64,000 bases of DNA from assembly GCA_014727835.1 (NCBI GenBank), contig WJMT01000129.1, positions 2,036 to 66,035 on the forward strand. The letters are read 5' to 3'. The notes under the pieces were generated by a model. That model did not search any database. It was not told the origin of the DNA and was given only the letters and a program-made list of their open reading frames with translations. The translations under genes and the position numbers were made by a program. The stretch is from Candidatus Aminicenantes bacterium. Its GTDB lineage: Bacteria; Acidobacteriota; Aminicenantia; Aminicenantales; Aminicenantaceae. Positions 47,497 through 57,533 of this stretch are shown one piece after another. Every line of letters starts with the position of its first letter. Within the stretch, counting starts at the first letter, position 1.

Positions 47497-49896
47497 TCAG
47501 ACCATATTTTTCAGCTTTCTCAGAGCACTCATAGCGTCTCCGGCATATGCATCAGCTCCGCATTTCTGTGAAAAGGCGGATGATACAGCAGCTCCTCCGA
47601 TGATAATCTGAATCTCAGGAGCCTTCTTCTTTTTGAGCTGAATCACTTCCTCAATGTATTCCAAGGAAGAGGTCATCAGTGCGGACAGGCCGATGAATTC
47701 ACAGTTTTCATTCACAGCTGTTGAAATGATTTCCTTTGAAGCCACATTTTTTCCCAAGTCTATGACTTCAAAGCCTGAATTGCTGAGCACTAAGGCTACA
47801 ATATTTTTTCCGATGTCATGAAGGTCGCCTTGGACCGTAGCCAGGACGATCTTTGATTTTGTTTGAACCGGTCCTTTTTCCGGAAAAGTTTTTTCAATGA
47901 TCTGGGAAGCACCCTCCATGGCTTCTGCTGAAAGAATCAATTGAGGGAGAAAATATTTTTTCTGTTCATAGTATTGTCCCACTAATTCCAGGGCAGGAGA
48001 CAATATTTTTTTCAGAAGTTCAAGTCCGTTCTCTCCTTGTTCAATGAGATGCGAGGTGATTTTTTGGGCATCTTTTTTTTCTCCCTCCACAATGGCATTG
48101 AACAGTTCATCCTTCTTGGATTGGAATGCTGGTTTCTGTTCTGTTTCTTCGGCCTCTTCTTGGACGTTTCCAAAAGTGCGGATAAATTGGCGGAGTCCGG
48201 GATCTTTGCCCTTGAATGTATCGCAGGCTTTTGTGGTGTCCATAAGGTCTTTGTCCAGAGGATTGAGAATAGCTGAATCCAGACCTCTGTCAATCGCCAT
48301 GGTGAGAAAGATTTGATTCAGACGTCTTCGGTTGGGGAGGCCGTGGGAGATGTTGGATAATCCCAGAACAGAAGGTGTTTTCATCTGTTTGATTTTTTTG
48401 AGTGCAGCCAGAGTCTCTGAAGCGCTTTTCGGAGAAGAGGCATGGGATAATACAATCGGATCAATGAGGATATCGGATTTTGTGAGTCCGTATTCATAGG
48501 CTTTTTGGATTAAATGTTCAATGATGTTGATTCTTTGGTCTGAATTATCAGGGATGCCCCTATCATCCATGGCTAATAGAATCACTCCAGCCCCGTATTT
48601 TTTAGCAAGGGGAAGTAATTTTTGGTATTTCTTTGTCTCCCCACTGATACTGTTGATAACAGCTTTTCCCGCATAGCACTGGAGTGCTTTTTCAAGGGAG
48701 GAAGGATTGTTGTTATCTAAAAACAAAGGAAGCTTTGAAACAGACTGGATTTCCAGAACAGCTGAAGAGAAAAAATCCGGGTTTTGGTCTCCGGATTGGC
48801 CCAGGTTGATATCCAGGGCATGAGCTCCGGCCTGTTCTTGTCTTCGGGCCAAGCTTCGGGCCAAGCTGAGTTTTTCCGATTTGAATTCTTGGTCCAATTC
48901 TTTTCTGGAAAAGGGATTGATGTTTTCGCCCACCGCCTTGAACGGCTCTGAACCTCCGATAAACAGACAGGAATTTCTGCTCGAACTGCGAAAATAAGAT
49001 GGGATCCGGGCTCTTTTTTGGGGCTTTTTCCCCTTAAGCTTCTCTGCAATGAGTTTGATGTGCCGGGAAGAAGTGCCGCAGCATCCACCAATGATGTGGG
49101 CTCCGGACCGATAAAATTCAACAGCATATTTCAGATATTCTACAGGGCCCAGGGGAAAGCGGATCCTATTTTTTCTTTTCTCAGGGATGCCGGCATTGGC
49201 ATAGACGATCAGGGGCTTATCTGTATGCATTTGGTATTGATTGAGAGCGGATTTGAAGTCCCGGGGATGTCTTCCGCAGTTGATTCCCACAATGTCTGCG
49301 GAAGTGGATGAAAGAGTGATGGCAGCGGTTTCGGGATCTGTTCCTGTGACCGTAAGGTTTTCCTCCAGAGGATAGGTGATGGATACAGCAATGGGCAGTG
49401 ATGTGGTTTCTTGAGCAGCCAGAAGAGCTGTTTTGGCCTCAAGAATATCGATTTGTGTCTCAATAAGAAGAAGGTCTGCTCCTCCTTGCTCCAGCCATTG
49501 AGACTGTTCTGCAAAAACCTCATACGCTTGTTGAAACGTGATCTCTCCGAGGGGTTTGATGAGTTCACCCATGGACCCAATCGAACCTGCGATATACACG
49601 GAATGTGGGCTTGCTGCTCTTTTCGCCAGTTCCAAAGCCGACAGATTGATATCTTTGCATCGATCTTCCAGGCCGTATTCAGCGAGCTTGATTCTGTTGG
49701 CTCCCAGGGTGTTGGTCTCTATGATATCAGCTCCTGCATCCACAAAAGCTTTATGGATCCGGATGATGACTTCAGGATCTTCCAGATTGAGCTGTTCAGG
49801 AATGTCAAATTGTTTCCCTGTTTGTTCCATGACTTCAGTACCCATCCCTCCGTCAAGGATCAGAATTCGGTCTTTAATCTCTCTGAGAATATTCAT
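47497..49896 (-). CDS. metH: Cobalamin-dependent methionine synthase core (Hcy-, folate- and B12-binding domains; no reactivation domain)
   Basis: LDGGMGT, GINC, GGCCG, GENIN, DLHDIGKN, SALM; ends right after the B12 domain. Confidence 0.88.
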   Translation of the reverse strand: MNILREIKDRILILDGGMGTEVMEQTGKQFDIPEQLNLEDPEVIIRIHKAFVDAGADIIETNTLGANRIKLAEYGLEDRCKDINLSALELAKRAASPHSVYIAGSIGSMGELIKPLGEITFQQAYEVFAEQSQWLEQGGADLLLIETQIDILEAKTALLAAQETTSLPIAVSITYPLEENLTVTGTDPETAAITLSSTSADIVGINCGRHPRDFKSALNQYQMHTDKPLIVYANAGIPEKRKNRIRFPLGPVEYLKYAVEFYRSGAHIIGGCCGTSSRHIKLIAEKLKGKKPQKRARIPSYFRSSSRNSCLFIGGSEPFKAVGENINPFSRKELDQEFKSEKLSLARSLARRQEQAGAHALDINLGQSGDQNPDFFSSAVLEIQSVSKLPLFLDNNNPSSLEKALQCYAGKAVINSISGETKKYQKLLPLAKKYGAGVILLAMDDRGIPDNSDQRINIIEHLIQKAYEYGLTKSDILIDPIVLSHASSPKSASETLAALKKIKQMKTPSVLGLSNISHGLPNRRRLNQIFLTMAIDRGLDSAILNPLDKDLMDTTKACDTFKGKDPGLRQFIRTFGNVQEEAEETEQKPAFQSKKDELFNAIVEGEKKDAQKITSHLIEQGENGLELLKKILSPALELVGQYYEQKKYFLPQLILSAEAMEGASQIIEKTFPEKGPVQTKSKIVLATVQGDLHDIGKNIVALVLSNSGFEVIDLGKNVASKEIISTAVNENCEFIGLSALMTSSLEYIEEVIQLKKKKAPEIQIIIGGAAVSSAFSQKCGADAYAGDAMSALRKLKNMV

Positions 49897-49933
49897 TTTT
49901 GTTCACTGTTTGCCATTTCCTAACCCTGTTTTC

Positions 49934-51871
49934 TTACATCTGTTTGGGTTGTGGAATGCCCATCAAATCCAATGCTTTTTGTAAAATGTTATATATATAG
50001 CCAATAATAAGAATTCTCAAATTTCTGATTTTTTCATCTTTTTCCTGGATAACAGAGTACTTGTGATAATAGGCATTGAATTTTTGGCAGAGATTAAAAG
50101 TGTATTTCGCTAAATGGAGAAACTCAAGAGTGCGGGTGGAATGAAGCACTTCTTCATCCAATTGAGAACCGTGAAGAACCAGGTCCCAATAGTCATCCTG
50201 TTCATTAGCTGGTAATGAATTCAAAGACAGGCTCTGAGACAAAATATCGGATCTGAGGGATTCTTTTTCTGCATGCTTCTTTATCCCCAGTTTGTTGAAG
50301 ATGCTGTTGATCCGCACCAAAGTGTACTGCAAGTAAGGACCGGTTTCCCCTTCAAAACTCAACACATCTTCAAAATCAAACACAATGATGGAATTTCGGG
50401 CGAATTTGAGCATAAAATATCTGAGAGCACCGCAGGCAATGTCCGTGGCTGTTTGGGCTTTCTTTGGGGCCGGCCAATCCGAATTTCTCTGTTCCACTTC
50501 ATTTAGGGCTTTTTGTTCCAGCCGGTCCATGAGGTCGTCTGCTTTGATCCCCAGACCTTTTCTTCCTGAAACTTCAAGAAAATCTTTGTCCTGTTCCTCT
50601 TCAGAGACATTATACCCCAGCTCCTGAAGGCTTTTGGGTGAGAGGGCGACCATTTCATAGGAAAAATGGACTGATTTTTCAGCCTGCTCTTTAAATTTCA
50701 AGGACTTCAATCCCTGTGTCACCACTTGTTGGGGATAAGCCTGGCGGGCATCTATGACATTATAGACCCGGCTAGCTTTTCCAAAGTCCTTTTTGTGGTG
50801 AGTTTTGTGGGAAGAAGTGATCCAAACGGTTTGAGAATTTTGCTGGATAAAGGGCTCATAAAAAAAGTCAGCATCAAGGAGACCGAATTTCCAGAGTTGA
50901 TAGGCGATATCTTTTCCCACATAGGTGACGGTATGGTTGGAACGGACCAGAATTTTTTCTTGCTCTGCCTTGCCTTCCAACTTGATAACCCAACATCCTT
51001 TGTGTTTTCCACTGTCCACAAAATAAGCGGCATTTTTGTCTTTCAGAAGATTGAACGCGCTTTCCCAGAATTTAAGGATGATGATATCACTTTCACAGGC
51101 CAGCAGATCATAACTCACTCCCAGTCTTTTCATGGTTCGGAGATGAGCTTTGAGTATCTGTCTTGACACATAGAGGGCCACATCACTTTCTGGTTTTTTG
51201 CCGAGTTCAATATTTTTCAGAATGTCTGCTTTTCTGTCTTGGGCTTCGGGATTGTCTCTGAGGAAACGGGTGGTCTGAGTGTACAGATCCCAGCAGTAAT
51301 GATCGAATCGCCCCTTGATTTTTTGAATCTCTTTGAGGTTCTTTTTTTCGATTTCTAAAAAACCAAACACCACATCTGCGACCTGGACTCCGGTATCATC
51401 AATGTAATTCTGGACTTCCACCTGTTCTCCCTTGTACTGCTGACAGCGGACCAAGGTATCCCCGAGGCATGAGTTTCTGAGGTGACCGATATGAGCTGCT
51501 TTATTGGGATTGATAGAGGTGTGTTCCACGATCACTTTTGTTTCGTCTGCAGACAGTGATGTCTCTTCTGATTTCTCAAGCTGATTCAGAAAAAAACGAT
51601 CCCGGCTGAGAAAAAGATTGATATAACCTCCGCCTGCAATCTCCACTTTGTGTATGTGTTCCAGAGAGCAGAGGAGAGGAGCCATTTGCTGGGCGATTGT
51701 GCGGGGGCTTTGTTTGAGTGTTTTCGCCAGTTTGAAGGGAAAGGAAAGGGCGAGATCTCCCATTTGAATGTCCGGGGGATAGGAGATGTCCAGGTCATGC
51801 ATAGAGATGGGATATTTGGGTCCGAGAATCTGGAGAATTCTCTCTTTTAAAATGTTTTTGAGTTCGATCAT
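49934..51871 (-). CDS. argS: Arginine--tRNA ligase
   Basis: GGYIN, EHTSINPNK.AHIGHLRN, SGRKG, FEGETGPYLQY, LMGI; start uncertain (51871 or 51892). Confidence 0.92.
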   Translation of the reverse strand: MIELKNILKERILQILGPKYPISMHDLDISYPPDIQMGDLALSFPFKLAKTLKQSPRTIAQQMAPLLCSLEHIHKVEIAGGGYINLFLSRDRFFLNQLEKSEETSLSADETKVIVEHTSINPNKAAHIGHLRNSCLGDTLVRCQQYKGEQVEVQNYIDDTGVQVADVVFGFLEIEKKNLKEIQKIKGRFDHYCWDLYTQTTRFLRDNPEAQDRKADILKNIELGKKPESDVALYVSRQILKAHLRTMKRLGVSYDLLACESDIIILKFWESAFNLLKDKNAAYFVDSGKHKGCWVIKLEGKAEQEKILVRSNHTVTYVGKDIAYQLWKFGLLDADFFYEPFIQQNSQTVWITSSHKTHHKKDFGKASRVYNVIDARQAYPQQVVTQGLKSLKFKEQAEKSVHFSYEMVALSPKSLQELGYNVSEEEQDKDFLEVSGRKGLGIKADDLMDRLEQKALNEVEQRNSDWPAPKKAQTATDIACGALRYFMLKFARNSIIVFDFEDVLSFEGETGPYLQYTLVRINSIFNKLGIKKHAEKESLRSDILSQSLSLNSLPANEQDDYWDLVLHGSQLDEEVLHSTRTLEFLHLAKYTFNLCQKFNAYYHKYSVIQEKDEKIRNLRILIIGYIYNILQKALDLMGIPQPKQM

Positions 51872-52021
51872 TGTTCTGTGTTTTCGCTCCATTATATCAT
51901 ATCTCTCAAATGAAGCTAAAAGGAGATGCTGCAGATTTGATAAATGACCCAGGATGCTTAATTTTCTTGCATATGTGAGTATTATATGATAGTAAATTGT
52001 TTTATTGAGGAAAGGATCATC

Positions 52022-53113
52022 ATGAGAAAAACCAGGCTTTATAACTGTCATATCCAATCAAATGCAAAAATGGTGGAATTTTTCAAATGGAAAATGCCTG
52101 TGGAATATTCAGGGATTGTTGAGGAACACAATGCGGTGCGAACCCGGGTCGGCTTATTTGATGTCAGCCACATGGGGGAGATCTTGATTTCCGGAACTCA
52201 GGCTTTGGATTTGGTCCAATATTTGACTCCCAATGACGCATCTCGGCTGAACCCTCAGAAAGCCCAGTATTCAGCTCTGACCACTCCAGAGGGCACGTTT
52301 GTGGATGATATGTTGGTCTATATGCGGGATGACACAAAATATCTTTTAGTGGTCAATGCAGCCAACACAGACAAGGACTTTGAATGGATTCAGAAACATC
52401 AGAGTCGGTTTGATGCGGAGGTCAAAAATGTCAGTGATGAATACACTCAGTTGGCCCTGCAGGGGCCTCGGTCTGTGGACGTGCTCACACCATTGACAGA
52501 TTTGGACCTGGAAGAGATGAAGCCGTTTCGGGTCAGACAGGGAAAAGTGGCTGGGGAAGAGGCTATGGTCTCGCGTACCGGATACACGGGTGAGGATGGA
52601 TTTGAGGTGTATACCCTTTCTTTAAACCCGGAAAAGATTTGGGATTCTCTTCTGGAAGAGGGACAAAGGTTTCAAATAAAACCTGTTGGGCTGGGAGCAA
52701 GGGATACACTCCGTCTGGAAGCATGTCTGATGCTGTACGGCAATGACATTGATGACACCACGACGGTTTTGGAGGCTGGATTGGGTTGGCTGATCAAATT
52801 CAAAAAAGGAGAGTTTCTGGGAAGAGAAAGCCTGATGCGCCAGAAGGAAGAAGGGATCAAAAAAAGAATCGCTGGATTTGAAATCAAGGGAAGGGGGATC
52901 GCCAGACATGATTACCCGGTATTCATTGAAGGAACAGAGGTTTCCAAGGTCACATCAGGGACTTTTTCTCCTTATTTCAAAAAAAGCATTGGTCTGACGT
53001 ATCTTCCTGTCGCCCATACCGAACCGGGGAAAAAAATCGAAATCGGGATCAGAGGAAAAAAAGTTGAAGCCGAAGTTGTGACGACTCCATTTTATTCCCG
53101 AAAAAAAGCATAG
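52022..53113 (+). CDS. gcvT: Glycine cleavage system T protein
   Basis: FDVSHMGE, LQGP, RTGYTGEDGFE, GLGARDTLRLEA, TPFY. Confidence 0.96.
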   Translation: MRKTRLYNCHIQSNAKMVEFFKWKMPVEYSGIVEEHNAVRTRVGLFDVSHMGEILISGTQALDLVQYLTPNDASRLNPQKAQYSALTTPEGTFVDDMLVYMRDDTKYLLVVNAANTDKDFEWIQKHQSRFDAEVKNVSDEYTQLALQGPRSVDVLTPLTDLDLEEMKPFRVRQGKVAGEEAMVSRTGYTGEDGFEVYTLSLNPEKIWDSLLEEGQRFQIKPVGLGARDTLRLEACLMLYGNDIDDTTTVLEAGLGWLIKFKKGEFLGRESLMRQKEEGIKKRIAGFEIKGRGIARHDYPVFIEGTEVSKVTSGTFSPYFKKSIGLTYLPVAHTEPGKKIEIGIRGKKVEAEVVTTPFYSRKKA

Positions 53114-53161
53114 TCCATTTGATTTCAACGTTTATCTTTAAACATAATGGTTTATAATAGA

Positions 53162-53413
53162 TCTGGGTTATTCACGAGTCAAGATTGCTGCAGATGCGAG
53201 GCGCAAGGCATGAAGGTGTGGTCCTTCACTGCGAATGTCTTGGTACGAAGCAGATGCAGTGAGATGGGCTCGCCTGTGAGGTCAAAAAATGGCGAATAAG
53301 ATTAAAATAAAAACAAGACAAATGTTCAGATAAATGTTGTTGAAAAAATCTTGCATATCGCAGAAAAGAAAATGATAATAAATACATCGCCATTTTTTTA
53401 TGAATAGGTCAGG
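53162..53413 (+). mobile_element. Modular MITE-like element (about 252 bp) inside the gcv cluster
   Basis: Ends CTGGGTTATTCAC / ATGAATAGGTCAGG; internal 12-bp IR AAAAAATGGCGA/TCGCCATTTTTT; homologous to 44856-45106. Confidence 0.8.
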
Positions 53414-53436
53414 ATAGAGAAGAAAAGGAGGTTATT

Positions 53437-53823
53437 ATGTATCCGGATGATTTTCATTACACCAAAGACCATGAATGGATCCAAGTCAAAGGTGATGAAG
53501 CAACTGTCGGAATAACGGATTTTGCTCAAAGCCAGATGGGAGATGTGGTTTATGTGGAGCTGCCCAAAGTAGGGGACGAACTGGATGCTCATCAGACTTT
53601 TGGAGTGGTGGAATCTGTCAAAGCAGTTTCTGATGTGTTTTCTCCCGTTGCAGGAAAAGTCACCCAAGTCAATGAAGGATTGAACGATGATCCTGAAGTC
53701 CTGAATAAAGATCCTCATTCAAAGGGCTGGATCATTAAATTAAAAGTCAAAGACAAGTCAGAACTGGAAGAACTGATGTCTGCCTCTGAGTATGAGAAGT
53801 ATCTGGAGGGCCTGGAAGAATAA
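53437..53823 (+). CDS. gcvH: Glycine cleavage system H protein
   Basis: YTKDHEW, GITDFAQ, VESVKA lipoyl-Lys, GWI. Confidence 0.97.
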   Translation: MYPDDFHYTKDHEWIQVKGDEATVGITDFAQSQMGDVVYVELPKVGDELDAHQTFGVVESVKAVSDVFSPVAGKVTQVNEGLNDDPEVLNKDPHSKGWIIKLKVKDKSELEELMSASEYEKYLEGLEE

Positions 53824-53856
53824 TATCAATCCATTGAGAAAGGCAAGAAAGGCAAA

Positions 53857-55206
53857 ATGAAATACAATTCCTTAAGCCAGAATGATAAGAAAGAGATGCT
53901 GAAAACCATAGGGATCTCATCTCCCGATAAGCTGTTTGATTCCATCCCCGATGACATCAAATTAAAGAAAGACCTGAACATTCCCTCAGCTCTGTCAGAG
54001 CCGGAAACATGGGACACCTTTAATGAACTGGCCAGCAAGAACAGCCCTGAAACTCCCCTTTCTTTTCTCGGAGGAGGAGCTTACCTGCACTATATTCCGG
54101 CAGCTGTTGATTATTTGAGCAGCCGGGGAGAATTTGTCAGCCCTTACACTCCTTATCAAGCAGAAGTGAGTCAGGGGACTCTGCATCTGATCTTTGAATT
54201 TCAGACAATGATCTGTCAGTTGACAGGCATGGATATATCCAATGCTTCACTCTACGACGGCGCCTCAGGAGCGGCTGAAGCGGTCTTGATGTCCCACCGG
54301 ATACAGAGGAAACCCAAAATCCTTATTCCCAAGACTTTACATCCTCACTACAGACAAGTCATTCAGACCTACACCAAGAATCTGGGTCTTGAGATCCAAG
54401 AGGTCTCCTATGATGAATCCGGCCAAATGGACACCAGCGAACTCAAGAAAAAGCTTGATAAGGAAACCTCAGCAGTGGTGTGTCAGTCTCCCAATTTTTT
54501 CGGTGTGATCGAAGACTTGGAGGTCATCTCAAAGCTGGCCCATGAAAGCGATGCGCTATCCATATCTGTGGTGGCTGAAGCCAGCTCTCTGGGCATTCTC
54601 AAGTCCCCTGGTGAGATGGGAGCTGATATTGTCACGGGAGAAGCTCAGTCATTTGGGATTCCGTTGAGTTTTGGGGGCCCTTATCTGGGTTTTATGTCCT
54701 GCCGCAAAGATTTTCTAAGGCAGTTTCCAGGAAGGATATCCGGCCAGACCAAAGATGTGGATGGAAAACGGGGATTTGTCTTAACCCTATCGACCCGGGA
54801 ACAGCATATAAGAAGGGAAAGAGCGACTTCGAATATCTGCACCAACCAGGCTTTGTGTATGCTGCGGGCGACTATATTTTTGGAACTTTTAGGCAAGAAA
54901 GGCATGAGAGAGTGGGCATGGCAGAACATCCAAAAGGCCAGCTATGCCAATAAAGTCCTGACAGATATCAAAGGAGTGGAGTCTCGATTTTCCGGACAGA
55001 TCTACAATGAATTTGTGATTAAAACCGAAAAAAAGTGGAGGCAGATCCAAGAGGAATTGAAGAAAAAAAACATCGTTCCTGGAATTTCATTAGAAAAATA
55101 TTATCCGGAATTGAAAGGGTGCGGCCTGGTGTGTGTGACTGAAACCCGAAAGAAAAAAGATATCGATACTTTGGCAGAGGCATTTGAGGACCTGTTGAAG
55201 TCATGA
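53857..55206 (+). CDS. gcvPA: Glycine dehydrogenase subunit 1
   Basis: YTPYQAEVSQG, NASLYDG, FGGP, TREQHIRRERATSNICTNQ. Confidence 0.96.
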   Translation: MKYNSLSQNDKKEMLKTIGISSPDKLFDSIPDDIKLKKDLNIPSALSEPETWDTFNELASKNSPETPLSFLGGGAYLHYIPAAVDYLSSRGEFVSPYTPYQAEVSQGTLHLIFEFQTMICQLTGMDISNASLYDGASGAAEAVLMSHRIQRKPKILIPKTLHPHYRQVIQTYTKNLGLEIQEVSYDESGQMDTSELKKKLDKETSAVVCQSPNFFGVIEDLEVISKLAHESDALSISVVAEASSLGILKSPGEMGADIVTGEAQSFGIPLSFGGPYLGFMSCRKDFLRQFPGRISGQTKDVDGKRGFVLTLSTREQHIRRERATSNICTNQALCMLRATIFLELLGKKGMREWAWQNIQKASYANKVLTDIKGVESRFSGQIYNEFVIKTEKKWRQIQEELKKKNIVPGISLEKYYPELKGCGLVCVTETRKKKDIDTLAEAFEDLLKS

Positions 55207-55231
55207 TCAAGAGAGGAGAAATGAATCAAAA

Positions 55232-56674
55232 ATGATCCGAGAACGCTTGATATTCGAGATCAGTGATGAAGGCAAAAAAGGATTTTCCTTTCCTAAACTG
55301 GATGTTCCTGAAAGCAAAACAGTCACAGAGAACTTTCCGCTTAGAGATGAAATCAAAGATTTTCCTCAAGTCTCTGAACTGGAAGTGGTGAGGCATTTTA
55401 CCCGGCTGTCCCAGACGAATTACTGCATTGATAAAGGGATCTATCCGTTGGGTTCCTGCACCATGAAATACAATCCCAAACTCAACGAAAAAATCGCTCA
55501 AATTCCCAGTTTCTTGTCTTCTCATCCTTATTCTGACCAGGAAATGATGCAGGGAAACCTCAAAGTCTTGAAAACCATGGAAGACCTGCTGGCGGAGGTT
55601 ACTGGAATGGATGCTTTTACCTCTCAACCTGCTGCCGGAGCTCAGGGTGAATTGGTAGGGATGATGCTGATCCGGGCTTATCTGGAAGCCAAAGGAGATC
55701 CCAGAAAATTTGTTTTTATTCCGGATTCAGCTCATGGAACCAATCCATCCAGTGCCCATATCTGCGGATATAAGGTCAAGGAAATCAAGTCCAACCAACA
55801 AGGAACCGTGGATTTGGATGACCTGGAAAAAAACATGAACGAAGATACGGCAGCCATTATGATCACCAACCCAAACACACTGGGAGTGTTTGAAAACCAG
55901 ATCAAGGAAGTCTCAGATTTGGTTCATTCTCAGGGAGGATTGGTCTATATGGATGGAGCCAATATGAACGCGCTGATGGGAATCTGCCGTCCAGGTGACA
56001 TGGGAGTGGATGTGATGCATTTGAATCTTCATAAAACGTTTTCCACCCCTCATGGTGGGGGAGGTCCTGGTGCAGGGCCGGTGGGAGTGAAGTCGATTTT
56101 AGAGCCCTATCTGCCCATTCCAAGAGTCATAAAACAAAACAATCACTACTTGTTTCACAGCGATTATCCCAAAAGCATTGGAAGAATCCATGGTTTTTAT
56201 GGCAATTTTTTAGTGGTGGTCAAAGCATTGGCATATGTTCTTTCTCAAGGTCCGGATGGATTGAGAGAGGTGTCAGAGACCGCTGTGCTGAATTCGAATT
56301 ACATAAGAAAAAGCCTTGAAAAAGAGTTTCACTTGGAATACAAGACTCCCACTCTTCATGAATGTGTGTTCTCAGATAAGCTTCAGAAAAAACACCAGGT
56401 CTCTAATCTTGATATTGCCAAAAGACTCATTGATTTGGGTGCTCATCCTCCCACCATGTCTTTTCCTCTGATTGTTCATGGAGCTTTGATGACAGAACCC
56501 ACTGAAACAGAAAGCAAAGCGGATTTGGATTTGTTTATTCAAGCCATGAAGCAGATCGCCAAGGAAGCTGAAGAAAATCCGGAAGTGCTGAAATCAGCGC
56601 CTCACCATTCTTATGTGCGGCGTTTGGACGAGGCCACGGCTGCCAGAAACCCAAAGCTGAGATGGGAGCCTTAA
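55232..56674 (+). CDS. gcvPB: Glycine dehydrogenase subunit 2
   Basis: YPLGSCTMKYN, SAHGTNP, HLNLHKTF..PHGGGGPG, EPTETE. Confidence 0.96.
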   Translation: MIRERLIFEISDEGKKGFSFPKLDVPESKTVTENFPLRDEIKDFPQVSELEVVRHFTRLSQTNYCIDKGIYPLGSCTMKYNPKLNEKIAQIPSFLSSHPYSDQEMMQGNLKVLKTMEDLLAEVTGMDAFTSQPAAGAQGELVGMMLIRAYLEAKGDPRKFVFIPDSAHGTNPSSAHICGYKVKEIKSNQQGTVDLDDLEKNMNEDTAAIMITNPNTLGVFENQIKEVSDLVHSQGGLVYMDGANMNALMGICRPGDMGVDVMHLNLHKTFSTPHGGGGPGAGPVGVKSILEPYLPIPRVIKQNNHYLFHSDYPKSIGRIHGFYGNFLVVVKALAYVLSQGPDGLREVSETAVLNSNYIRKSLEKEFHLEYKTPTLHECVFSDKLQKKHQVSNLDIAKRLIDLGAHPPTMSFPLIVHGALMTEPTETESKADLDLFIQAMKQIAKEAEENPEVLKSAPHHSYVRRLDEATAARNPKLRWEP

Positions 56675-56687
56675 TACAGGAAGACTG

Positions 56688-57533
56688 ATGAGCATACAAC
56701 AGTTGATTATGAAGCTCCAGGAATTCTGGGCAGACCAAGGATGTTATCTGGCGCAACCTTATGATCTGGAAGTGGGAGCCGGGACCATGACCCCGGATAC
56801 TTTTTTCCGAGTCATTGATCAAAGAGATTGGAACGCGGCCTATGTGCAGCCTTCCAGGCGTCCTTCAGATGGAAGGTTCGGAGAAAACCCGCATCGGGTC
56901 CAAAAACATTTTCAATATCAAGTCATTATGAAGCCTTCTCCTTCGGATATCCAGGAAAGATACCTTCAAAGCCTGAGATTCTTAGGCATCAAAATCAAGG
57001 AACATGATATTCGATTTGATGAGGACAACTGGGAATCTCCCACCATTGGTGCCTGGGGAGTGGGGTGGCAGGTGCTTTTGGATGGACTTGAAATCACTCA
57101 ATTCACTTATTTTCAGCAGGCTGGGGGAAAAGATATTTTTCCGGTTCCGGTGGAGATCACGTATGGGCTGGAACGACTGGAGATGTTTTTAGAAGGAAAG
57201 GATAATATTTATGACCTTAAGTGGTCTGATGATGTGACTTACAGAGACCTGAGGCTTTTAGAAGAGAAAGAGTTTTCAGAATACAATTTCAGCCAGGCGG
57301 ACATCAATGTGCTGCATAAATCTTTTTCTATGAATGTCAGGGAAGCGCGAAAACTGATTAGGAAAGGACTGCTTCTTCCTGCTTATGATATGTGTTTGAA
57401 GTGTTCGCATTTGTTTAACCTTCTTGATTCTCGAGGAGCTATCAGTGTGACAGAACGGGTCAAAATCATTTCTCAGATCAGAGCTTTGGTTGTTCAGATC
57501 ACAAAAAAATACACAGCCAGAGGGGGATCTTGA
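56688..57533 (+). CDS. glyQ: Glycine--tRNA ligase alpha subunit
   Basis: EVGAGT, YVQPSRRP.DGR.GENP, EITQFTYFQQ, EITYGLERL. Confidence 0.97.
   Translation: MSIQQLIMKLQEFWADQGCYLAQPYDLEVGAGTMTPDTFFRVIDQRDWNAAYVQPSRRPSDGRFGENPHRVQKHFQYQVIMKPSPSDIQERYLQSLRFLGIKIKEHDIRFDEDNWESPTIGAWGVGWQVLLDGLEITQFTYFQQAGGKDIFPVPVEITYGLERLEMFLEGKDNIYDLKWSDDVTYRDLRLLEEKEFSEYNFSQADINVLHKSFSMNVREARKLIRKGLLLPAYDMCLKCSHLFNLLDSRGAISVTERVKIISQIRALVVQITKKYTARGGS

Noticed and set aside
47497-49896. metH as a truncated pseudogene
   Set aside because: Three-module MetH with a separately encoded reactivation domain is an established form (Thermotoga-type); the ORF ends cleanly
53114-53436. Glycine riboswitch between gcvT and gcvH
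   Set aside because: No GGAGA/CCGAAG/CTCTCAGG aptamer motifs; the region is homologous to the repeat upstream of tRNA-Ser
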